Origin: Bacillota bacterium
GTDB lineage: Bacteria > Bacillota > Clostridia > Christensenellales > UBA1242
Length of the DNA: 64,000 nucleotides
Direction of reading: 5' to 3'
Assembly (NCBI GenBank): GCA_009784185.1
Contig: WRCD01000002.1
Coordinates: 132,935-196,934, forward strand
Below, in pieces: positions 43,649 through 51,803 of this stretch. Both the position numbers and the translations under genes were made by a program. Under the pieces are notes generated by a model. The model was not told where the DNA came from. It saw only the letters and a program-made list of their open reading frames with translations, and ran no database searches. The first letter of the stretch is position 1, and every line of letters starts with the position of its first letter.

Positions 43649-45817
43649 ATGATTAAACTTGTTATTAAAAGAGACGGGACCTATCAGGAATACAACAAGA
43701 AGAAAATTGCCGATGCCATATTCAAGGCGGCGGTTGCTTGCGGCGGCAGCAACTTTAAGCGCTCGCTGGAACTGGCTGACGAAGTGGAACAGCTCCTTAT
43801 AAAGAGATATACCAACGAGACTCCCACAGTTGAAAAAATTCAGGATATTGTGGAATATGTTTTAATTGAAAACCGTCATAGCAGAACGGCTAAGGCGTAT
43901 ATATTGTACCGCGAAAAGCGTTCGGCAAGCAGGGAATATAATTCGCTTGTTGGTGCAACCATAAGTATGTTTGACTGTTACATTCAGGGTGCCGACTGGG
44001 CGGTTAAAGAAAATGCAAACCAGCAGCACAGTGTAGCCGGACTTAACAACTATATAAGAGAAGAGTTTACCAAGCATTACTGGCTGAACGAGGTTTATCC
44101 TATTGAAGTAAAAGACGCTCACATAAACGGCGACATTCATGTGCATGACCTTGGCTGGTTTGGCACATATTGCGTGGGCTGGGATTTGTATCAGATTTTG
44201 GAAATGGGTTTTACCGGTGTGCCGGGCAAGGTAAGCAGCAGCCCTGCTAAACACTTCAGAAGCTTTTTAGGGCAAGTTGTAAACGCAACATTCACCCTTC
44301 AGGGCGAGGCAGCAGGCGCTCAGGCGTGGAGCAGTTTTGACACATATTGCGCTCCGTTTATAAGATACGATAACCTTGACTACAAGTCTGTAAAGCAATG
44401 CATTCAGGAATTTGTGTTTAACATGAATGTGCCTACCCGGGTTGGTTTTCACTGTCCGTTCAGCAATATCACGCTTGACCTTAAAGTGCCTGCTTTGCTT
44501 AAAGACAGGCCTGTGCTTCGCGGAGGTGTACCGCAAGAGGAAACATATGGGATGTTTCAGGCGGAAATGGATATGCTGAACAAGGCCTTTTGTGAGGTTA
44601 TGAGTGAGGGCGACAGCAAGGGCCGTATATTTACCTTTCCCATACCTACAATTAACATAACAAAAGAAACCGACTGGAATTCACCCGTTATGAACGCTGT
44701 TATGGACATGACCGCAAAATTCGGAATCCCGTATTTTGCTAATTACATAAACAGCGACCTCAGCCCGGAAGACGCTGTTAGTATGTGCTGCAGGCTGCGT
44801 TTGGATGTAAGCCAGCTCCGTAAGCGTGGAGCCGGGTTGTTTGGCTCTAACCCATTAACCGGTTCAATCGGGGTAGTTACAATCAACCTGCCCAGATTGG
44901 GTTACACTTGTAAAACGGAGGAAGAGTTTTTTGCCCAACTGGACAGGCTTTGTAATGTTGCTAAAACCAGCCTGGAAATTAAGCGTAAAATTGTAGAAGA
45001 CCAGACCGAGCGCGGATTGTATCCGTATTCCAGCTTTTACCTGCAATCGGTAAAGAACCGCTCCGGCGCATATTGGGCAAACCACTTTAATACAATCGGC
45101 ATTGTTGGAATGAATGAATGTCTGCAAAATTTTATGAAAACCGACCTTACCAGCAAGCAAGGGCAGGAGTTTGCAATAAAAGTTATGAACCACTTGCGCG
45201 GCAAGATGATAGAATTTCAGATGGAAACCGGCAACCAATACAACCTGGAGGCAACTCCGGCGGAAGGCACTGCGCCCAGGCTTGCCAGAATTGATAAAAA
45301 GAAATTCCCCGAGATTGTTGTTTGCAGTGATACTGAGCCGTATTACACCAACTCAACCCAGTTACCGGTTCAATATTCCGATGATATTTTTGAGGTTATC
45401 AAGCTTCAGGACGAGCTTCAGTCGCTTTACACCGGCGGAACGGTACTGCACTTATATCTGGGAGAGCGTGTAGACGACGGCCAGACCTGTAAGCGTTTAA
45501 TCCAAAAGATATTTAACAATTCTAAAATGCCGTATGTAAGCATAACTCCTACATTCAGCGTTTGTCAGGAGCACGGTTACATACGCGGCGAGCACTTTAC
45601 CTGCCCTCAATGCGGTGCCGAAAACGAAGTTTGGAGCAGGGTGGTTGGATACTTCAGACCGGTCGGCAACTTTAACAAGAGCAAACAAATTGAGTATATG
45701 GAACGCAAAAAGTTTGTAATCAGGCCAGAGCAGTTGGATGAACTTGAGAACATTGAAGCGGCTAAGAAAGTGACAAAAACCGGGAAACCGGCAAAAGCAA
45801 TTGCTGAAGTTGTGTAG
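43649..45817 (+). CDS. nrdD: Anaerobic ribonucleoside-triphosphate reductase (class III)
   Basis: AAAGGAG SD. N-terminal ATP-cone (MIKLVIKRDGTYQEYNKKKI). C-terminal Zn ribbon CPQCG and glycyl-radical motif RVVGYFRPV. 722 aa. Confidence 0.95.
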   Translation: MIKLVIKRDGTYQEYNKKKIADAIFKAAVACGGSNFKRSLELADEVEQLLIKRYTNETPTVEKIQDIVEYVLIENRHSRTAKAYILYREKRSASREYNSLVGATISMFDCYIQGADWAVKENANQQHSVAGLNNYIREEFTKHYWLNEVYPIEVKDAHINGDIHVHDLGWFGTYCVGWDLYQILEMGFTGVPGKVSSSPAKHFRSFLGQVVNATFTLQGEAAGAQAWSSFDTYCAPFIRYDNLDYKSVKQCIQEFVFNMNVPTRVGFHCPFSNITLDLKVPALLKDRPVLRGGVPQEETYGMFQAEMDMLNKAFCEVMSEGDSKGRIFTFPIPTINITKETDWNSPVMNAVMDMTAKFGIPYFANYINSDLSPEDAVSMCCRLRLDVSQLRKRGAGLFGSNPLTGSIGVVTINLPRLGYTCKTEEEFFAQLDRLCNVAKTSLEIKRKIVEDQTERGLYPYSSFYLQSVKNRSGAYWANHFNTIGIVGMNECLQNFMKTDLTSKQGQEFAIKVMNHLRGKMIEFQMETGNQYNLEATPAEGTAPRLARIDKKKFPEIVVCSDTEPYYTNSTQLPVQYSDDIFEVIKLQDELQSLYTGGTVLHLYLGERVDDGQTCKRLIQKIFNNSKMPYVSITPTFSVCQEHGYIRGEHFTCPQCGAENEVWSRVVGYFRPVGNFNKSKQIEYMERKKFVIRPEQLDELENIEAAKKVTKTGKPAKAIAEVV

Positions 45818-45824
45818 TGCTGTT

Positions 45825-45935
45825 GTCATTGCGAGTTGCTCCAGCGAAGCCATTCAAACGAAGCAATCCCCTGGGTAGAAATTCTGTCGATGGGATTGCT
45901 TCGTTAGAAGGAGCAGGAAGCAGTCTCGCAATGAC
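45825..45935. repeat. Family-2 palindromic element, full copy (111 bp), in the nrdD-nrdG spacer
   Basis: Outer stem GTCATTGCGAG / CTCGCAATGAC. Inner stem AACGAAGCAATCCC / GGGATTGCTTCGTT. 21-nt loop. Followed by AGCGTTTTT. Confidence 0.85.
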
Positions 45936-45962
45936 AGCGTTTTTAATGTTTGGGAGCATCAC

Positions 45963-46718
45963 ATGAAAATAAACAATTACATAATCAACAGCCTTATAGA
46001 TTACCCGGGGCACATTGCCTGTACTGTTTTTACGGTTGGCTGCAACTTAAATTGCTGGTATTGTCATAACAAAAAACTGATTGACAGTAATTCCGAAAGT
46101 GTTGATGAGTTAGGATTGCTTGGAAAGCTAAAAGAGCGTGCCGGCTTTTTAGACGGCGTTGTTATATGCGGCGGCGAGCCTACCCTTCAGCCTGATTTGG
46201 AGGAGTTTATATTAAAAGTAAAGGCACTTGGGTTAAAGGTTAAGCTGGATACCAACGGAACGAATCCCGAAGTTGTGTCAAGGCTGCTTAGTAAAAATTT
46301 GCTGGACTATATAGCAATGGATGTTAAAGCCCCAATTAGTGCAGGTGAGGAGACTGTCATTGCGAGCCTGTCCTGCGGAGCCGGCAAACGAAGCAATCCC
46401 ATAGGTAGAAGAGAGGTGGCTCGGTATTCACAAATAGTTGGTGTTGATTGTAATATTACGGACATTAAATCCAGCATAGAGATTATAAAGGCTAGCGCCA
46501 TAGACTACGAATTTAGAACCACATTTTTGCCCGATTTAACAGTTCGGGACATTGAAAACATTGCCAAAATGATTGCAGGAGCAAAACGGTATTATATCCA
46601 AAAGTATGTTACGCCCGCGCATTTGCTTAACCGAAACATTACGCCGCATACGGCTGCCGAATTGGATTTGGCTCTGCAACTGGCAAGTAAGCATATAAAA
46701 ACCGCTTTAAGGGGTTAA
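45963..46718 (+). CDS. nrdG: Anaerobic ribonucleotide reductase activating protein (radical SAM)
   Basis: CNLNCWYCHN radical-SAM cluster motif, GGEPTLQPDL and DYEFRTTF. 251 aa, including a repeat-derived insert. Confidence 0.9.
   Translation: MKINNYIINSLIDYPGHIACTVFTVGCNLNCWYCHNKKLIDSNSESVDELGLLGKLKERAGFLDGVVICGGEPTLQPDLEEFILKVKALGLKVKLDTNGTNPEVVSRLLSKNLLDYIAMDVKAPISAGEETVIASLSCGAGKRSNPIGRREVARYSQIVGVDCNITDIKSSIEIIKASAIDYEFRTTFLPDLTVRDIENIAKMIAGAKRYYIQKYVTPAHLLNRNITPHTAAELDLALQLASKHIKTALRG
46356..46410 (+). repeat. Family-2 element, half copy, in frame inside nrdG
   Basis: GTCATTGCGAG-18nt-CAAACGAAGCAATCCC-ATA-GGTAGAA here, versus GTCATTGCGAG-19nt-CAAACGAAGCAATCCC-CTG-GGTAGAA at 45825. Translated as VIASLSCGAGKRSNPIGRR. 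Confidence 0.85.
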
Positions 46719-46746
46719 AAACAGGCGTGTTATGCCTGTTTTTTGT
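46717..46746 (+). terminator. Rho-independent terminator of nrdDG
   Basis: AAAAACAGGC-GTGTTAT-GCCTGTTTTTTGT. Confidence 0.8.
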
Positions 46747-46826
46747 GCAAGTTGCATAAAATAATTGATAAATTTGTGTTTAAGTGCTATGCTTAAGCCA
46801 TAAAGAATAAAGGGAAACGGATACAC

Positions 46827-47345
46827 GTGCAAACAAATATTACATTGTTCTGTTTTTTGAATAATTATAGCAAGAATATAGCCAAGATACTGGCCGACAA
46901 GCTGGAAATGTTTTATGTGGATTTTGCCGAACTTCTGGAGTACGAGCTGGTTGACAGCGGAAACATTATTACTGCACTTGGCAAGCGTGACGGAAATAAA
47001 TATATAAGCGGTATAGAGCAAAAATTAATAAAAACCGTAAATGAATATGAAAACACAATTATAACTATTAATCCGGTTAAGTTGTTTTCTGCCAAAAATT
47101 CGGCCGCGTTCAAAAAGAGTAGTTTTTTGGTGTATCTCCAGGTTGCTCCAAACATAATGGCAAACAAAGCGGAAGAGACCGGTGATAAAACAGAACCGGA
47201 ATTGATAGGTGCGGGCTTTTCCGAGCGCGATAAGTTGTACGTAACCAACAGTGATATTGTAATTGACTGCACAAAATTAAAAGAAAAGAAAGCGGTTAAG
47301 TTATTGATTAAGGAACTAAAGAATTTATTTAAGAGTAGGGCTTGA
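46827..47345 (+). CDS. Shikimate-kinase-like protein with degenerate P-loop
   Basis: GTG start. By eye, NITLFCFLNNYSKNIAKILADKLEMFYVDFAELLE aligns to AroK [35 protein letters not shown]. The Walker-A glycines and the later GGG motif are lost. 172 aa. Confidence 0.35.
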   Translation: MQTNITLFCFLNNYSKNIAKILADKLEMFYVDFAELLEYELVDSGNIITALGKRDGNKYISGIEQKLIKTVNEYENTIITINPVKLFSAKNSAAFKKSSFLVYLQVAPNIMANKAEETGDKTEPELIGAGFSERDKLYVTNSDIVIDCTKLKEKKAVKLLIKELKNLFKSRA

Positions 47346-47373
47346 TTCCCCTCTAACTTAGAGGGGAATTTTG
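47346..47373 (+). terminator. Hairpin (family-1 hairpin-1-only copy, reverse orientation) plus T run
   Basis: TTCCCCTCT-AACT-TAGAGGGGAATTTT directly after the stop. Only about 25 nt before the tkt TTG start, so probably leaky. Confidence 0.5.
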
Positions 47374-47396
47374 TAATGTGATAAAAGGGGTAATAT

Positions 47397-49391
47397 TTGG
47401 AACAAGACAACAAAGCAGTAAACACAATAAGGGTGCTGGGGCTGGACCAGATTACAGCCGCTAAAAGCGGACACCCGGGCATGGTGCTTAGTGCGGCACC
47501 TGTTTTGTATGCGCTGTTTAAAGACCATCTGGTGCTGGACAGCAGTAAGCCCGGCTGGTTTAACCGCGATAGGTTTGTGTTAAGTGCGGGGCATGGCAGT
47601 GCGCTTTTGTATAGCACTCTTCATTGTTTTGGATTCAACATAAGCATGAATGACCTTAAACAGTTCAGGCAAACCGGCAGCCGTACGCCCGGCCATCCGG
47701 AGCTTGACATGAGTATCCCGATTGAATGCGCAACCGGGCCATTAGGGCAAGGCATAAGCATGGGTGTTGGAATGGCTTTGACGGAGAAACATTTGTCTGC
47801 TAAGTTTAACAAGCCAAACCTGAATATTGTTGACCATTACACATATGTGCTTGTCGGTGACGGAGACCTGATGGAAGGTGTAAGTTATGAGGCAATAGAG
47901 CTGGCCGGCGTACACAAGCTTAACAAATTAATTGTGCTGTACGACAGCAACGAGCACACCATTGAGGGAAGAACAGAAATAGCAGGCCTTAACCAAACCA
48001 GACAGCGTTTTGAAGCCGCCGGCTTTAATGTGATTGAGGTAATAGACGGCAACGACACAGTAAAAATAAGCAAGGCTATTGCTGAGGCTAAAAAAAGCAA
48101 AGACAAACCGAGTATTGTAGTTGTAAACACGCAAATCGGCTTTGGAAGCCATGTAGTTGATAACATAAAAAGTCATGGCACGCCGTTTACCTTAGATGAA
48201 ACTCAAGCAGTACGAAGTAATTTTGGATTGACTGATAAACCGTTTACTGTGCCGGCTGATGTATATAAAACCTGCAAAACGGACATAAGCACACGCAGCC
48301 ATGCGGCACGCAAAAACTGGGATAGTTTAATTAAAACATATAAGACTAAGTTTAAAAAAGAATATAAGCAGCTGTTTAACAATCAGTCGGTATCTGCAGA
48401 GAAATGTATAACCAGCCTTAAGTCCACAAGTGATATGGCAACGCGTGATGCCGGGCACCTGGTGCTTAACTATATTGCCGGGCTTCCTATTAACCTGATT
48501 GGAGGTTCTGCCGATTTGGCGCCTGCCACTAAGGCCTTTCTGGCGGGTGAAAAGAGTTTTTCAGCCGTTAATCCAACAGGCAGAAATATTCACTTCGGAG
48601 TTCGTGAATTTGGAATGGCGTGCATAACAAACGGAATGATACTGCACGGCGGGCTTAAAGCGTTCTGCTCAACCTTCTTTGTTTTTGCGTGCTACCTGAG
48701 GCCCGCAATGAGGCTGGCAGCACTAATGAAAACGCCAAGTGTGTTTATATTCAGCCATGACTCGCTTTATGTGGGGGAGGATGGAGCAACGCATCAGCCG
48801 GTGGAGCAGCTGGAGTCTATAAGAATTATACCGGGCATGAGTCTGTTTAGGCCATGTGACTTAAACGAAACGGCAGGTGCATATGAGGCGGCTTTTAATT
48901 CTAATGAAGGCCCAACCAGCATTGTGTTGTCGCGGCAGACATTGCCGTACCTTAAGGGTTCTGCCGGCGGCACTTTGCAAGGCGGGTATGTACTGCACAA
49001 GGAAACCAGCCAGTTAAACATAGTGCTGGTTGCAACAGGCGGAGAGGTTGGGCTTGCGGTGCTGGCTAGAACCGAGCTTGTTAAAAAAGGCTATGGTGTG
49101 CGCGTGGTTAGTATGCCGAACAGGGAACTGTTTCTGCGGCAGCCGGAAAAATATAAGGCCGGTGTGCTGCCGGCTGATTGTGAGAGCATAATGGTTATTG
49201 AAGCCGGCACAAGCCATGGCTGGTATCCAATTGCCGGGCAATACGGGTTGGTGGTTGGAGTAGATGACTTTGGCAAATCCGGACCGGGCAAAGAAGTATA
49301 CGAGAGTTTCGGTTTTAGTGTAGACAACATAGTTAAACAGGCTGAGGCACTTATAAAGAAGAACAAGAGCATAGTAAAAAGCGTGGTGTAA
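47397..49391 (+). CDS. tkt: Transketolase
   Basis: AAAGGGG SD then TTG start. SGHPGMVLSAAP, GDGDLMEGVSYEA and GEDGATHQPVEQL motifs. 664 aa. Confidence 0.95.
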   Translation: MEQDNKAVNTIRVLGLDQITAAKSGHPGMVLSAAPVLYALFKDHLVLDSSKPGWFNRDRFVLSAGHGSALLYSTLHCFGFNISMNDLKQFRQTGSRTPGHPELDMSIPIECATGPLGQGISMGVGMALTEKHLSAKFNKPNLNIVDHYTYVLVGDGDLMEGVSYEAIELAGVHKLNKLIVLYDSNEHTIEGRTEIAGLNQTRQRFEAAGFNVIEVIDGNDTVKISKAIAEAKKSKDKPSIVVVNTQIGFGSHVVDNIKSHGTPFTLDETQAVRSNFGLTDKPFTVPADVYKTCKTDISTRSHAARKNWDSLIKTYKTKFKKEYKQLFNNQSVSAEKCITSLKSTSDMATRDAGHLVLNYIAGLPINLIGGSADLAPATKAFLAGEKSFSAVNPTGRNIHFGVREFGMACITNGMILHGGLKAFCSTFFVFACYLRPAMRLAALMKTPSVFIFSHDSLYVGEDGATHQPVEQLESIRIIPGMSLFRPCDLNETAGAYEAAFNSNEGPTSIVLSRQTLPYLKGSAGGTLQGGYVLHKETSQLNIVLVATGGEVGLAVLARTELVKKGYGVRVVSMPNRELFLRQPEKYKAGVLPADCESIMVIEAGTSHGWYPIAGQYGLVVGVDDFGKSGPGKEVYESFGFSVDNIVKQAEALIKKNKSIVKSVV

Positions 49392-49406
49392 CCCGCGCTT
49401 TTTATT
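49373..49406 (+). repeat. Direct repeat copy 1 (tkt 3' end plus terminator hairpin)
   Basis: AGTAAAAAGCGTGGTGTAACCCGCGCTTTTTATT encodes ..VKSVV* of Tkt, with the stop in the hairpin loop. Stem is GCGTGG/CCGCGC with one G-U pair. Confidence 0.85.
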
Positions 49407-49419
49407 TTACAAAAGGGTA

Positions 49420-49448
49420 TTGCATTGTGTCCGTTTGTGTTGTATACT
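49420..49448 (+). promoter_or_regulatory. Sigma-70-type promoter placed for a leaderless transcript of the 597-aa orphan gene
   Basis: TTGCAT (49420-49425), 17-nt spacer, TATACT (49443-49448), then 6 nt to ATG 49455. Confidence 0.5.
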
Positions 49449-49454
49449 TTGTGC

Positions 49455-51248
49455 ATGGAAAAAGAAGAGAATGAACTGGACGCAAGTGCAATGCAGAACG
49501 AGCTGCTTAGTCTGGCGGCAAAAGATTTTGCCGGCGTAGAAATTGCTATACCGGTTTACAACAAAAACGGGAATCTTAACTGGCCGCAAAACATGTTTGG
49601 CCCGGACCCTAAGTACGCTGCAGAAGTGAGAGAAAACTTAAAAAAATACGGACGATTGGTAGAAGGCAGTCCCGAACTGGAAGAGTACTTTATAAGCATT
49701 TTAGAAAACTGGCGTCCGGATGACAGTCGTCGCGGTTTTCACGGCGAAGGGGCATCAGAAGCGTATGATAACGCACGGGATGAGGGGCTCGTTACCGATG
49801 GAGAAACTTCCGCCTTTGCAGCCACTTATATCCTTAAGTTTATTACTGAAAATAAGGTTAACCCTGAGTTTGTGCAGGATATTTTTACGCAAATCTGGGA
49901 AGATTCGGTAATGCTGCTGGACTACAAAACGGATGAGTTGAAGCGCACCATAGGAATCAGGGGACGTTTTTTGGGGGAAGACTCCGATGCCGTAGCACCG
50001 ATGCAGCGGATGCTGGATAACATCAAGAAGGATTGGGAGGACGACCTGCTGGAAGTTGCTCGTCAACTTTTTGGTGCTGAAAATCCTGCATATGACCATA
50101 CAAGGCTGGAGTCCTTGCACCTATACAATGTTGCGCGCCAAAAGGGCTGGCGCACGCCCGAGGGAAGTGTTGAGGATAAGTTATCTAAGCTTGTATTAAC
50201 CTTTTGTAAAAACACCGTTGTATATTGGTCTGCGCCGGAAAACATAAGCCGGATACCGGTTGAGGACAGAGACATGCTGCTGGATTGCATTCATTACTTA
50301 AAAGACCCTGTGCGTGATTTTAAGCCTGAGGAATACAGCAGAAACCTGCCTGCCATAGTTAGTAATAGCAACCTGCCGAGTGCGGCACAGTCTTTTGCAG
50401 TGGTGCAGAAAAACCTGAATGCGGTTAATGTAAAAACCCTGGATGGCGACTATGTAAGCAAATGGGCTAAGGCGGGCGAGATATCACGATATTACGGTCT
50501 TCGTACTCAAGTAAAAATGTCAAAGTTAATGACAGATGAAGCTGCAACCGGATTTCTTTTAGAACTTTTAAAAGACGAAGACAGGGATGGAGAATGTGAT
50601 GTACACGAGCAACTTGTGGAGCGTGCCAGCGACCCGGCAATACGGCTGGAACATTTAAAAAAGAGTTATGGTTTCGGCTATGACTTTAAAGGAATAGATG
50701 AGGCGTATGCTGTGCTTGCATACGATGTGAAAGCCGGCAAGTATTCAACCGAAGAGATTTTAGGCATGAGCGAAGCCGAGCAACAGGTTGTTTTAGCTAT
50801 ACTTGAGCGTAATGCTCATAGAATGAACCAGGATGGAACAGACAGATTACAGGATTTGAAAAACATAATTAACCATAACAATACACCATTAGAAAATGTA
50901 AAAACTCCGTTTGGCGGAAAAGTGCTTAAGGCATACATTACTACCTTGGGAGAATATGGCGGATACGATGATTTGCTTGATGCAATAGACTTGGCACTTG
51001 AGTCCGGCACAAAAGAAGTTTCGGCAAAGCTGATGAAATCAAAGGTTGTTTCAGTCGGTTCATATCATCGCAGCAAAATAGACAAAGCAAAAGCAAAAGG
51101 TGAAGAGATAAGCGAATACCACACTGAACATTTAGCAAGGCTTCAGCCATATGTTGACAAGCTAAGCGAGATGGTTAAGGCAGAATGGTACGCATCAAAC
51201 CTGCCTCCCAAAGAGCCTGAAGACAAAACTAAACAACATGGAGAGTAA
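49455..51248 (+). CDS. Hypothetical acidic soluble protein (597 aa from ATG 49455; 607 aa from TTG 49425)
   Basis: Long uninterrupted ORF with no TM or signal peptide. No motif recognised by eye. Flanked by direct repeats. Confidence 0.6.
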   Translation: MEKEENELDASAMQNELLSLAAKDFAGVEIAIPVYNKNGNLNWPQNMFGPDPKYAAEVRENLKKYGRLVEGSPELEEYFISILENWRPDDSRRGFHGEGASEAYDNARDEGLVTDGETSAFAATYILKFITENKVNPEFVQDIFTQIWEDSVMLLDYKTDELKRTIGIRGRFLGEDSDAVAPMQRMLDNIKKDWEDDLLEVARQLFGAENPAYDHTRLESLHLYNVARQKGWRTPEGSVEDKLSKLVLTFCKNTVVYWSAPENISRIPVEDRDMLLDCIHYLKDPVRDFKPEEYSRNLPAIVSNSNLPSAAQSFAVVQKNLNAVNVKTLDGDYVSKWAKAGEISRYYGLRTQVKMSKLMTDEAATGFLLELLKDEDRDGECDVHEQLVERASDPAIRLEHLKKSYGFGYDFKGIDEAYAVLAYDVKAGKYSTEEILGMSEAEQQVVLAILERNAHRMNQDGTDRLQDLKNIINHNNTPLENVKTPFGGKVLKAYITTLGEYGGYDDLLDAIDLALESGTKEVSAKLMKSKVVSVGSYHRSKIDKAKAKGEEISEYHTEHLARLQPYVDKLSEMVKAEWYASNLPPKEPEDKTKQHGE

Positions 51249-51279
51249 ACAAAGCGTGGTGTAACCCACGCTTTTTATT
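51244..51279. repeat. Direct repeat copy 2 (bidirectional terminator)
   Basis: AGTAAACAAAGCGTGGTGTAACCCACGCTTTTTATT. The 29-nt core 51251-51279 matches 49378-49406 with 1 mismatch. It retains the GTGGTGTAA codons of the tkt end in a non-coding context. Confidence 0.85.
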
Positions 51280-51280
51280 A

Positions 51281-51619
51281 TTATATAACCTCTATCTTTA
51301 TCGTTACAACGCCGTATCTCTTTTCTTCTTCCGGAGAGTAAATCTTGTAGCATTCGTTAACTATCTCGTCAGGCGATGACCCGTCAAATCCCAGTTCTGT
51401 TGCGGGTATTGTTTCGCATATTTCATAAAACGACTTAAAGCTGATAATCTCAGTGATTTGTGTGATGCACTTTTCTGTTAACTCGGGACGCAGCAGAAAG
51501 GTGAGCGTGTCTCCAATTTTAAAATTGCGCCGTTTTTCATCATTCAGTCTGATTTCGTACAGCTTAGCACCGCTTTTGATTAGCTCAAAATGCGGCTTTT
51601 CTATTCTGACTGTGTGCAT
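51281..51619 (-). CDS. ASCH (PUA-like) domain protein
   Basis: GAGGAG SD. MHTVRIEKPHFELIKSGAKLYEIRLNDEKRRNFKIGDTLTF resembles ASCH-domain N-termini (..F..I..G.KT.E.R....k..GD.l.f). 112 aa. Confidence 0.55.
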   Translation of the reverse strand: MHTVRIEKPHFELIKSGAKLYEIRLNDEKRRNFKIGDTLTFLLRPELTEKCITQITEIISFKSFYEICETIPATELGFDGSSPDEIVNECYKIYSPEEEKRYGVVTIKIEVI

Positions 51620-51639
51620 AGGTTTTACTCCTCGAATAA

Positions 51640-51766
51640 AATTCTCCTTTAAGATAAAGGAGTACCCCGAAGGGGGGAGGTATGTGAAATAGATGGAAAA
51701 GCAATAAGACTGGCTTTATCACATACCCCGCTGCTCCGCAGCACCCCTTTATCTTAAAGGGGAATT
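51640..51766. repeat. Family-1 two-hairpin element, inverted dimer (MITE-like, 127 bp)
   Basis: Left unit 51640-51687 and right unit 51719-51766 (reverse complement) flank a 31-nt centre. GGTATGTGA / TCACATACC also pair. Confidence 0.85.
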
Positions 51767-51803
51767 ATTGGTTTGTCCGCCTTTGCTGGGGGAATTTTTC
51801 TGA

